Shown one piece after another: positions 38,790 through 47,368 of a stretch of 64,000 nucleotides of DNA. This stretch comes from Alphaproteobacteria bacterium (GTDB taxonomy: Bacteria > Pseudomonadota > Alphaproteobacteria > UBA6615): contig JAALLF010000001.1 of the NCBI GenBank assembly GCA_011087645.1, forward strand, positions 208,046 through 272,045, read 5' to 3'. Position 1 is the first letter of the stretch. Each line of letters begins with the position of its first letter. The notes under the pieces were generated by a model. That model worked only from the letters and a program-made list of their open reading frames with translations. It was not told the DNA's origin and did not search any database. Made by a program: the position numbers and the translations under genes.

Positions 38790-39128
38790 GTGATTAAACT
38801 GACCGCAAGATATTTTGGTGCAGCTTTCATTTTCGCTATGGCGATAGGCGTCAGCGGTACCGCACAGGCCGATGACGCGCGCGATCGCGCCGCCGGCGCA
38901 GCAGTGGCGCAAGAGCTGTGCAGCGGTTGCCATATTGTTGCCGAAGGCCAAAGCGGCCCGGTTCCCGACGGGCCAGCGCCCTTCCCAGTTATCGCCGAAC
39001 GGCCAGGACGGACCGTCGGCTATCTTCAGGCCTATCTGTCGGCCCCCACACCGCCGATGCCCCACGTACCGCTCTCGAAACGCGAAATCGACAGCGTCAT
39101 CGCCTATATCCGCTCGTTCGCGGATTGA
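38790..39128 (+). CDS. Small periplasmic c-type cytochrome (paralog of 38268..38603)
   Basis: Signal peptide and a CSGCH motif. The C-terminal half aligns with the convergent neighbour. Confidence 0.7.
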   Translation: MIKLTARYFGAAFIFAMAIGVSGTAQADDARDRAAGAAVAQELCSGCHIVAEGQSGPVPDGPAPFPVIAERPGRTVGYLQAYLSAPTPPMPHVPLSKREIDSVIAYIRSFAD

Positions 39129-39144
39129 GGCTTTCGCCAGCGAA

Positions 39145-39381
39145 AACAACGAACGCGGTAGGGTCCGCGCGACAGCGCAAGATTAAGACTCAATCCCGCT
39201 AAGCAGATATTCTGAGGTAGAAAATGGTGGGCGCGGTAGGGCCCGCGCGACAGCGCAAGATTAAAACTCAATCCCGCTAAGCAGATCTTCTGAGGTGGAA
39301 AATGGTGGGCGCGGTAGGGCCCGCGCGACAGCGCAAAATCGAGACTCAATCCCGCTAGCTACATTTTTCCGGCATAAGGAA
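39145..39381. repeat. Three tandem 78-79-bp direct repeats, each beginning with a copy of the 3'-terminal 17-19 nt of the adjacent tRNA-Val
   Basis: AATGGTGGGCGCGGTAGGG is found at 39223, 39301 and 39380 (the last is the true tRNA end). A diverged copy, GCGGTAGGG, lies at 39155. Each copy is followed by CCCGCGCGACAGCGCAAGATTA.ACTCAATCCCGCTAAGCAGAT.TTCTGAGGT.GAA. Confidence 0.8.
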
Positions 39382-39456
39382 TGGTGGGCGCGGTAGGGAT
39401 TGAACCTACGACCCCCTCGATGTCACCGAGGTGCTCTCCCGCTGAGCTACGCGCCC
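39382..39456 (-). tRNA. tRNA-Val (anticodon GAC)
   Basis: The reverse complement folds as a cloverleaf: acceptor GGGCGCG/CGCGCCC, D-arm GCTC-AGCGGGA-GAGC, anticodon stem CCTCG with loop GUGACAU (anticodon GAC), T-arm GTAGG-TTCAATC-CCTAC, and an encoded CCA. Confidence 0.85.
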
Positions 39457-39614
39457 CACCTTAACGTGGGCCGGATGCCTGATTTGGTCTGGCAAAGCGC
39501 GCGACAGATTGCGCTTTCGAAAACGGCGATCCGGTCGCGCGTCTTACAACGACAGGGGGTTGATGGCAAGCCTGCGCCGCGTCGAAACACGACGCCAGGG
39601 AGCTCGATCAGAGG

Positions 39615-39977
39615 TTAGGGGCCGACGGAGAGGATGCGGTCGACATTGTCGACTAGTTCGCGCAGATGAAACGGCTTCGACAAGACTTTGGTTTCGCCCA
39701 TCTCGACCCGCGCATTCATCGCCACCGCGGCAAACCCGGTGATGAACAACACCTTCAAGTCGGCGTTCACCCGGTTGGCCTGATGCGACAGTTCGATGCC
39801 ATCCATCCCGGGCATGACAATATCGGCGATCAGCAGCTCGAAAGGCCGCTCATGGACTTCATGGAGCGCCGCCAAACCGTCGGGCACCGCGATCACCTCA
39901 TGGCCGTTACGCTCCAGCGCCCGCGCCAGGAACTCACGCATGGATGTGTCATCTTCAGCCAGCAAAATGCGCGCCAT
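39615..39977 (-). CDS. cpdR: Single-domain response regulator, CpdR-like
   Basis: 120-aa REC domain, highly similar along its length to Caulobacter CpdR (ILLAEDD..MR.FL..ALE, DIVMPGMDGIEL, FITGFAAVA, LSKPFHLRELVD). Confidence 0.8.
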   Translation of the reverse strand: MARILLAEDDTSMREFLARALERNGHEVIAVPDGLAALHEVHERPFELLIADIVMPGMDGIELSHQANRVNADLKVLFITGFAAVAMNARVEMGETKVLSKPFHLRELVDNVDRILSVGP

Positions 39978-40209
39978 GGCGTGACGATCCTCTTATTCTT
40001 CTTGGGCTGTGGCAGCCGTCGAGGCTGTCACTGCGGTGGAGCGTCAGGTTAAACGGCAGTTCTTGCGAAACTGTTAAGCAAATATAAATAAAATCGAAAC
40101 ATACCGTAATACCGCAAACTTAATTTCCAGCCGGGAAGCCGGATTTGCCCCCAATTTCGAAGCGTGGCCGGGGATGACAGAGCGCGTGGTTTTGGTTAAT
40201 CAATAGGCC

Positions 40210-41094
40210 ATGGATCAAGAAACCCGAATCGATGCCGATCAAGCGATCGAGATTCTGGCGCCGGTGCAACAAACGGCGCCGCTGGTTTTTTCATCCCCCC
40301 ATAGCGGCCGCGACTATCCGGCGGACTTTCTGGCCGCCGCCCGCCTCGACGATCAGGCAATTCGGCGCTCGGAAGACAGTTTCGTTGACGAAATTTTCGC
40401 CACCGCCCCCCATTACGGCGCGCCGCTGCTCAGAGCGCTGTTTCCGCGCGCTTATGTCGACCCCAATCGCGAACCCTATGAGCTTGATCCGGCGATGTTC
40501 GACGGGGCCCTGCCCGGCTATGTGAACAAACGCTCGCCGCGGGTCGCCGCCGGGCTAGGGACAATCGCCAGGGTAGTCGCCAACGGCGCCGAAATTTATG
40601 CTGGCAAGCTGAAATTTGACGAGGCCCATGCGCGCATCGACCGGTGCTACCGGCCCTACCACGCAGCGCTAGAAGACCTCATCGAGACCACTCAGCGACG
40701 CTTCAACCATTGTATCTTGATCGACTGCCATTCCATGCCGTCGGTCGGCGGACCAATGGAAAACGACGCCGGCCATCGCCGCCAGGTGGATTTCGTGCTG
40801 GGCGATGCCCACGGCCGCAGCTGCTCGCGCGCGTTGACCGTGATGGTTGAGGAAACCCTGCGCGGCATGGGCTACACCGTGGTGCGCAACGCCCCCTATT
40901 CGGGCGGCTTCATCACCCGCAATTACGGCCAACCGGCCAAGGGTGTGCACGCCCTGCAGATTGAGATTAATCGCGGGCTTTACATGTATGAACCGACCTA
41001 TTCCCGCAGCGACGAAATGGCCGCGGTGGTGGCCAACATTGCTCAGCTAACCGAGCGCCTGGTGGGCTTAGAGCCGCAGGCGCTCGCCGCCTAA
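40210..41094 (+). CDS. N-formylglutamate amidohydrolase-family protein
   Basis: FGase (PF05013)-type motifs SSPHSGRDYP and IDCHSMPS. Confidence 0.8.
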   Translation: MDQETRIDADQAIEILAPVQQTAPLVFSSPHSGRDYPADFLAAARLDDQAIRRSEDSFVDEIFATAPHYGAPLLRALFPRAYVDPNREPYELDPAMFDGALPGYVNKRSPRVAAGLGTIARVVANGAEIYAGKLKFDEAHARIDRCYRPYHAALEDLIETTQRRFNHCILIDCHSMPSVGGPMENDAGHRRQVDFVLGDAHGRSCSRALTVMVEETLRGMGYTVVRNAPYSGGFITRNYGQPAKGVHALQIEINRGLYMYEPTYSRSDEMAAVVANIAQLTERLVGLEPQALAA

Positions 41095-41117
41095 CCGCGA
41101 CAATTCGGCGAAACACC

Positions 41118-41651
41118 TTGCCCGGCGATAGCGTTTTTATCCGTGATGCGACCGAAGACGATCTGGCGGCGATCCAGCTTATCTATGCCCATCACGTGAA
41201 CCACGGCTTGGCGTCGTTCGAAGAAATACCGCCCGACCTCGCGGAAATTTCGCGCCGCCGCGATGTGGCCCGCGAACATGATCTGCCCTACCTGGTCGCC
41301 GAGCAGGAAGGCGCGGTCCGCGGCTTCGCCTATGCCAGTCCGTTTCGCGACCGCACCGCCTACCGCTACACCGTCGAGGATTCGGTCTATGTGGCGCCAG
41401 ACGCGCTGGGCGGCGGCGTCGGCTCGGCGCTATTATCAGCGGTGATCGAACACTGCACCGAACGGGGATTCCGCCAGATGATCGCGGTAATCGGCGATAC
41501 CGCCAACCAAGCCTCGATCGGCCTCCACGCCAAACATGGGTTCGTTCACGCCGGTGAGATGCCGGCTGTCGGGTTCAAGTTCGGCCGTTGGGTCGATAGC
41601 GTGCGCATGCAACGCGCCCTGGGTGAGGGCGATAAAACCCTGCCGGAATGA
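41118..41651 (+). CDS. GNAT-family N-acetyltransferase (phosphinothricin-acetyltransferase-like)
   Basis: GNAT motif A region GVGSALLSAVIEHCTERGFRQMIAVI. Confidence 0.8.
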   Translation: MPGDSVFIRDATEDDLAAIQLIYAHHVNHGLASFEEIPPDLAEISRRRDVAREHDLPYLVAEQEGAVRGFAYASPFRDRTAYRYTVEDSVYVAPDALGGGVGSALLSAVIEHCTERGFRQMIAVIGDTANQASIGLHAKHGFVHAGEMPAVGFKFGRWVDSVRMQRALGEGDKTLPE

Positions 41652-41667
41652 CACCGACCTGCGGGCA

Positions 41668-41785
41668 ACATACTTCGAGACGGCGCTAAAGCGCCTCCTC
41701 AGTATGAGGCTTTGTGAAACGAATGAAACGAACCTCATCCTGAGGAGCGATCGAAGATCGCGTCTCGAAGGGTGGCGCCTCAAAT
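41668..41785. repeat. Mosaic intergenic repeat element, copy 6
   Basis: CATACTTCGAGACG..CTCCTCAGTATGAGG ... CCTCATCCTGAGGAGCGATCGAAG..GTCTCGAAGGG. Confidence 0.6.
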
Positions 41786-41853
41786 CATATGGGCGTTAAC
41801 AATATTGAATATCTCCCAGGCTAGCCTACTTATGTTGAAGTCGAGGAAATGCC

Positions 41854-42675
41854 ATGGCCACGACCGAACAAGGCGGCGACGTCCGCAACAACGATAACGT
41901 CATCGCGCAAGACTGGGAGGCCTATAGCGCCCAGGACCATGCCATTTGGCGTCGCCTGTTCGAACGACAATCGCGTTTGCTGGTCGGCCGCGCCTGCGAC
42001 GAATATCTCGCCGGGCTCGATCAATTGGGTGTCTGCGCCGACGGCATACCCGATTTTCGCGAGTTAAACGAGGTGCTGGCGCAAGCAACAGGGTGGCAGA
42101 TCGTCGCCGTGCCCGGTCTGATTTCCGAGGCGGCGTTTTTCGGCCACATGGCCGAGCGTCGGTTCGTCGCCACGCGATGGATCCGCACACCGGAACAGAT
42201 GGACTATCTGCAAGAGCCGGATATTTTCCACGATGTCTTCGGCCATGTGCCCCTGCTCACCAACCCGGCCTTCGCCGATTACTTGCAAGCCTATGGCCGC
42301 GGCGGCCTCAAGGCCTTGCGTCTCGGCGCGCTGGATATGCTGGCGCGGCTTTATTGGTACACCGTCGAATTCGGTCTGCTACGCACAGCGGAGGGTCCGC
42401 GCATTTATGGCTCGGGCATCCTGTCGTCGAAGGGTGAATCGATCTATTGCCTCGACGATGCCAAACCCCACCGCATCGCCTTCGACCTGAAGCGCATTCT
42501 GCGCACCCGCTACCGCATCGACGATTTTCAGGAATCTTATTTCGTCATCGACAGTTTCGAGCAACTGATGGGCGAGACGGCGCCCGACTTCGCGCCGACC
42601 TACCAGGAACTCACCGGTTTGGCGGAATTCGAGCCCGGCGACCTGCAGCCCAGCGATATTCTGGCAGACGCCTGA
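41854..42675 (+). CDS. phhA: Phenylalanine 4-monooxygenase
   Basis: Aromatic-amino-acid hydroxylase catalytic domain with the iron-ligand motif PDIFHDVFGHVPLL. Its length (273 aa) matches bacterial PhhA. Confidence 0.9.
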   Translation: MATTEQGGDVRNNDNVIAQDWEAYSAQDHAIWRRLFERQSRLLVGRACDEYLAGLDQLGVCADGIPDFRELNEVLAQATGWQIVAVPGLISEAAFFGHMAERRFVATRWIRTPEQMDYLQEPDIFHDVFGHVPLLTNPAFADYLQAYGRGGLKALRLGALDMLARLYWYTVEFGLLRTAEGPRIYGSGILSSKGESIYCLDDAKPHRIAFDLKRILRTRYRIDDFQESYFVIDSFEQLMGETAPDFAPTYQELTGLAEFEPGDLQPSDILADA

Positions 42676-42985
42676 TCGACGACCGCGGCGGGGCTACGGC
42701 GTAAAAAAAAGGCCGCGGTCGAAACCACGGCCCAAGTAAAGGGAGGAAACGCTAAATATGCGGCCTCGGCGTTAGTCCGATACCGCAACGCAGTATTTAC
42801 TTCGCATATGCAGCATTTTCAAGACTTCGGATAACTATCTGAAAATAAGAACTCTTTGTAAATTTTCCTAGTCGCGTACGAAATATAATTTCAACATTAT
42901 ATTGCATTGCACAATTTTCTTGAGCGGCGTACTTTTAATCTCCTCAAAAGCGGCTGTCTGGCACAGGAATTGCTCCACATAACCC

Positions 42986-43657
42986 ATGCAAAGACTTCTT
43001 CAGCTCTGGGTTTTGGCCACTGGCTTATTGACAATATTTCTGCCGGTTTCCGCCGCCAACGCCGCTCCCGCCCTACCGTTCCCAGAATTCCGCCATATTT
43101 GCCAAGCCGCCACCCAGCAGGCCGAGGCCCGTGCCACGTTGCCGCAGGACCTGCTGACCGCGATTTCCTTCGCCGAATCCGGCAAATGGGATGCCGAGGA
43201 AGAGGCAATTATTGCCTGGCCCTGGACCGTTACCAGCGGCGGCAAGGGCAACTTTTTCCCCGATAAGCAAACCGCCATCGCCTTCGTGCGCGACCTACAG
43301 GCCAAGGGCGTGCGTAATATCGACGTCGGCTGCATGCAGGTGAACCTGCACTACCATCCCGACGCGTTCGACACGCTGGACGAAGCCCTCGACCCAAAAG
43401 CAAATGCGCGCTATGCCGCCTCCTTTCTCGGCAAGCTGCACCAAGACAAGAAATCCTGGTCCGAGGCTATCCAGCGGTATCACTCGGCCGATCCCACCCG
43501 CGGCGGGCCGTATCGCGAGCGCGTGCTGAATTTTTGGAATAAGAAACAGCGCAGCTCGGCTGAGGTTTACCGTCAATCGGTGATTATCGCTTACAAACAG
43601 CAACGCGCCGAACGGCAGCGCGAACGCAACCTCAAGCTAATGGCCCGCACGCGCTAA
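42986..43657 (+). CDS. Secreted lytic transglycosylase (SLT-domain) protein
   Basis: Signal peptide and an SLT catalytic region (AISFAESGKWDAEEEAI...DVGCMQVN) with the catalytic Glu in the ES motif. Confidence 0.75.
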   Translation: MQRLLQLWVLATGLLTIFLPVSAANAAPALPFPEFRHICQAATQQAEARATLPQDLLTAISFAESGKWDAEEEAIIAWPWTVTSGGKGNFFPDKQTAIAFVRDLQAKGVRNIDVGCMQVNLHYHPDAFDTLDEALDPKANARYAASFLGKLHQDKKSWSEAIQRYHSADPTRGGPYRERVLNFWNKKQRSSAEVYRQSVIIAYKQQRAERQRERNLKLMARTR

Positions 43658-43748
43658 CTTCCGTCGCCCCGTTAACCATGTCATCTTGTCGCCTATAGTC
43701 TGCCCCCGGGGCAGAAACTGTTTCGTTTTGGCATGATGGTGGTAAGGC

Positions 43749-44900
43749 ATGAGCACGGACGCCGGCACCGCACACGATATCGGGACCGTCGATAGCCGGC
43801 TCGACGGCGACCTATGGCGTATTGTGCTCGCCGGCCAATGGACCGTTGCCGCCGCCACCGGTATCGACCGGGCGCTTAAGTCGCTGCCATCGGCAACCCA
43901 GAACCGAGTAGCCATCGATATGGCGCAGGTATCGGCGCTCGATACAGCGGGCGCCTGGCTTGTTTGGCGCACCATCGCGGCGCTCAACGACCAGGGCGTT
44001 GAGACCGAATTGGTCGCCGCCCAACCGGCGCACACATCGCTGATCGATACCGTGGCGCGCAACGCCGTACCCTGCCCAGACCCACCGCGTCGCCGCAACG
44101 CTTTTATCGCCATGGTCGAGCGGGTCGGCGCCGCGACCTTCGCCGCCCTGTACGAGGCGCGCGATCTGCTCAACTTTCTCGGCCTTGTGGTGATCGTGCT
44201 GGCGCGCTCGATCGTCCGGCCCCACCGCATTCGCCTGACGCCGTTGATCTTTCACATCGAGCAAAGCGGGCTCAACGCCATCCCGATCGTCGGCTTGATA
44301 TCGTTTTTGATCGGCGTGGTTCTGGCCTTTCAGGGCGCCGAACAGTTGGCGAAATTCGGCGTGGAGATCTTCACGGTCAACATTGTCGCCTCCGGCGTGC
44401 TGCGCGAGATGGGCGTGCTGCTCACCGCGATTATGCTGGCGGGAAGATCGGGCAGCGCGTTTACCGCGCAAATCGGCACCATGAAGGTCAACGAAGAGAT
44501 CGACGCCATGCGCACGATCGGCCTCGACCCGATGGAAGTTCTGGTGCTGCCACGCATGTGGGCCTTGGTGATCTGCCTGCCGCTGCTGGCTTTTTTCGCC
44601 AATGTGATGGGCCTGCTCGGCGGCGCCATCATGGCGACCACAGCCCTCGACATCACCTTCTTCCAGTTCGCCCGCCAGCTCGCCAGCGCCACCACCCTAT
44701 GGACTTTCTGGATCGGTATCATCAAAGCGCCAATATTCGGGTTCATCATCGGCCTGGTCGGCTGTTATGAGGGCCTGCGGGTTTCCGGCAGCGCTGAATC
44801 GGTCGGCCGGCTGACCACCCGCGCGGTGGTGGAATCGATCTTCCTGGTGATCATACTCGACGCGTTGTTTTCGATACTATTCGCCGAGTTGGGCATCTGA
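43749..44900 (+). CDS. MlaE-family ABC permease fused to an N-terminal STAS domain
   Basis: The first ~100 aa are STAS-like (WRIVLAGQWTVAAATGIDRAL). The remainder is MlaE/YrbE-type permease. Confidence 0.8.
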   Translation: MSTDAGTAHDIGTVDSRLDGDLWRIVLAGQWTVAAATGIDRALKSLPSATQNRVAIDMAQVSALDTAGAWLVWRTIAALNDQGVETELVAAQPAHTSLIDTVARNAVPCPDPPRRRNAFIAMVERVGAATFAALYEARDLLNFLGLVVIVLARSIVRPHRIRLTPLIFHIEQSGLNAIPIVGLISFLIGVVLAFQGAEQLAKFGVEIFTVNIVASGVLREMGVLLTAIMLAGRSGSAFTAQIGTMKVNEEIDAMRTIGLDPMEVLVLPRMWALVICLPLLAFFANVMGLLGGAIMATTALDITFFQFARQLASATTLWTFWIGIIKAPIFGFIIGLVGCYEGLRVSGSAESVGRLTTRAVVESIFLVIILDALFSILFAELGI

Positions 44901-45700
44901 TGGCCATTTCAGCAACCAACGGCGCGGGCGTGACGGTCCTTAGGGTGAGCGGATTACGCACCCAGTTCGGCGCCCAGGTCATCCATGACGATTTAGAGCT
45001 GACCATCAAACGCGGCGAAATAATCGGCATTGTCGGTGGCTCGGGTACCGGCAAATCGGTGCTGCTGCGCACCATGGTCGGCCTCATCCGTCCCGCCGCC
45101 GGACAAATCAACATGCTGGGCGCGGAGATCACCGCGCTCAACGACGATGCGCGCGCGACCTTGCAGAAACGCATCGGCGTGCTGTTTCAAGACGGCGCCT
45201 TGTTCAGCTCGCTCACCGTGGCGCAGAACATCATGTTACCGTTGAAAGAACATACCGACCTGCCGCCGGCGCTCCGCCTGGAAATTGCGGAGGTCAAAAT
45301 CAACATGGTGGGTTTGGCGCCCGACGCGGCCAACAAGTATCCGTCGGAACTGTCCGGCGGCATGCGCAAACGCGCCGGCCTGGCGCGGGCCCTGGCGCTA
45401 GATCCCGAAATCCTGTTCCTCGACGAGCCGACGGCCGGGCTCGACCCGATCGGCGCCGCGGCCTTCGATCAACTCATTGGCGAATTGCGCCAGGCGCTGA
45501 ACCTGACGGTTGTCATGGTCACCCACGACCTGGACAGTCTGGGGGCAATTTGCGACCGCATCGCGGTATTACTCGACAAACGCGTCAAGGTCGGCACAAT
45601 GGCCAGCCTGCGGCAAGATAGCGAACCCTGGATACACGAATATTTTCACGGCCCCCGCGCTCGGGCTGCCCTTGACCCCTTAACTGCCGGCAACGAATAA
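44900..45700 (+). CDS. MlaF-type ABC transporter ATP-binding protein
   Basis: Walker A GGSGTGKS, signature LSGGMRKRAG and Walker B LFLDEPTAGLD. Confidence 0.85.
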   Translation: MAISATNGAGVTVLRVSGLRTQFGAQVIHDDLELTIKRGEIIGIVGGSGTGKSVLLRTMVGLIRPAAGQINMLGAEITALNDDARATLQKRIGVLFQDGALFSSLTVAQNIMLPLKEHTDLPPALRLEIAEVKINMVGLAPDAANKYPSELSGGMRKRAGLARALALDPEILFLDEPTAGLDPIGAAAFDQLIGELRQALNLTVVMVTHDLDSLGAICDRIAVLLDKRVKVGTMASLRQDSEPWIHEYFHGPRARAALDPLTAGNE

Positions 45701-45705
45701 CCATA

Positions 45706-46683
45706 ATGGAAACACGCGCAAACAATCTCCTGGTCGGTAGTTTTGTGCTGCTGATATTGGTCGGCACGGCGGTGTTCTTCCTGTGGCTGGCGAAATTCCA
45801 GTTCGATGCGGTGTTCAGCCGCTACGACATACACTTTCAAGGTTCCGTCAGCGGCTTGAAAGTTGGCAGCTCGGTCGAGATCAACGGCATTTTAGTGGGC
45901 GAGGTCATCGATATTCGCATCGACCCGGCGCAGGTCGAGAACGTCATCGTCACCATCGAAGTTCCAGCCGAAACGCCGGTACGCGAAGACACGGTGGCGA
46001 GCCTCCAGATCAAAGGCCTGACGGGCGGCATCACAGTTCAGCTCGCCGGCGGCACACAAAACGCACCGCCATTGCGGCCCAAGCCGGGCGAGAAGCGCGC
46101 AGTCATCGCGTCCCAGGCTTCCTCATTCGAACAGTTGTTAGAGGATGCGCCCGAACTATTACAAAGTCTGCAAGTGTTGATCAGCCGGGCCTCGACATTG
46201 CTGAACGAGAACAATCAGGCCGCTTTTGCGGAGTCATTACGCAATGTGTCGGCCCTGACCGGCGCCCTGGCAGCCCGGACCGACGATATCGAAACACTGT
46301 TCATCGGCGCCGCGCAAACCATGGACAATTTGCGCGACGCCAGCGACGCGCTTAAATCAACCGCAGGGACAATCAAAACGACGGCCGGCACAATCAACAC
46401 CACCGTTGTGCGCAACGAGCCGAAGATCGCTGGCCTGGTTGACGATCTGCGAACCTCGGCTAAAACCATGACCCGGGTTTCCAACGAGATCGAGGCGCTG
46501 GTCGCGGAAAACCGCGCGCCGCTACGCGATTTTACCGGCGAGGGTTTGTACGAATTGACGAATTTTTTGAGCGAGGCCCGCGCTTTGATCGACGGACTCA
46601 ACCGAGTCACCACCCAGGTTGAGCGCGACCCCGCCCGCTTTATTTTCGGCGGTCAGCAACAAGGTTACGAAACACAGCAGTGA
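45706..46683 (+). CDS. MlaD/MCE-family substrate-binding protein
   Basis: N-terminal TM helix plus MCE domain, with a long helical C-terminal extension. Confidence 0.8.
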   Translation: METRANNLLVGSFVLLILVGTAVFFLWLAKFQFDAVFSRYDIHFQGSVSGLKVGSSVEINGILVGEVIDIRIDPAQVENVIVTIEVPAETPVREDTVASLQIKGLTGGITVQLAGGTQNAPPLRPKPGEKRAVIASQASSFEQLLEDAPELLQSLQVLISRASTLLNENNQAAFAESLRNVSALTGALAARTDDIETLFIGAAQTMDNLRDASDALKSTAGTIKTTAGTINTTVVRNEPKIAGLVDDLRTSAKTMTRVSNEIEALVAENRAPLRDFTGEGLYELTNFLSEARALIDGLNRVTTQVERDPARFIFGGQQQGYETQQ

Positions 46684-46684
46684 T

Positions 46685-47356
46685 ATGAGCGCCTTTGAAA
46701 AACACGCCCCCTCCAGGATGACCCAAGATCGCCGCCGGTTACTAAAGACCGCAACATTTGCGGCGTTCGGCGCGCTGGCCAGCGGTTGTGCGAGTATTTT
46801 GCCGAATACGGGCCCGCCACCCCGCCTCTTCCGCCTGTCACCCAAAAGCACCTTTCCCGGTGAACTAGATACGGTCGGCTGGCAGTTGGTGATCGAACCA
46901 CCTTTGGCGCCGGCCGGCCTAGACACCACCCGGATCGCGCTGCACCGCGCCGCGGTCGAACTGGAATATTATGCCCGCGCGAACTGGACCGATCTGGCGC
47001 CGGCAATGATCCAAACGCTGGTCGTAGAGTCCTTCGAAAATTCAGGCAAAATCGTCGCCGTCGGGCGGGAGTCCCTGGGGCTGCGCGCCGATTTCGTCTT
47101 GAAGCTGGAGCTGCGGGAATTTCAAAGCGAATACGCCAACAACGGTATCCCCGATGCAAATGTGCGATTGAACGCCAAACTGGTGAAAATGCCCCAGCGC
47201 ACGATCATCGGATCGGAATCGTTCGAAGCGAGGGTCGGCGCCAGCGCCGATCGGATCGAAGATATTGTCGCGGCGTTCGATGAGGCGCTCGGCAAAGCCC
47301 TGAAAGATCTGGTCGTTTGGACGCTACAAACCGGTCAATCGGGACGGCGCGCTTAG
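46685..47356 (+). CDS. ABC-transport auxiliary lipoprotein (PF03886-like)
   Basis: Lipobox ALASGC. It follows the MCE protein, as is usual for this family. The start could instead be 46619 or 46719. Confidence 0.65.
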   Translation: MSAFEKHAPSRMTQDRRRLLKTATFAAFGALASGCASILPNTGPPPRLFRLSPKSTFPGELDTVGWQLVIEPPLAPAGLDTTRIALHRAAVELEYYARANWTDLAPAMIQTLVVESFENSGKIVAVGRESLGLRADFVLKLELREFQSEYANNGIPDANVRLNAKLVKMPQRTIIGSESFEARVGASADRIEDIVAAFDEALGKALKDLVVWTLQTGQSGRRA

Positions 47357-47368
47357 AGCAGTACCCCG

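Noticed and set aside
39104-39349. 81-aa ORF with internally repeated peptide (ALSRGPYRAHHF...)
   Set aside because: It is simply the translation of the 78-bp tandem tRNA-end repeats. There is no RBS, and the reading frame is an artefact of the repeat.
39130-39460. A possible prophage or genomic island integrated at tRNA-Val
   Set aside because: Although tRNA 3'-end duplications are present, there is no integrase, excisionase, phage gene or composition-shifted cargo adjacent. Only the repeat scars are reported.
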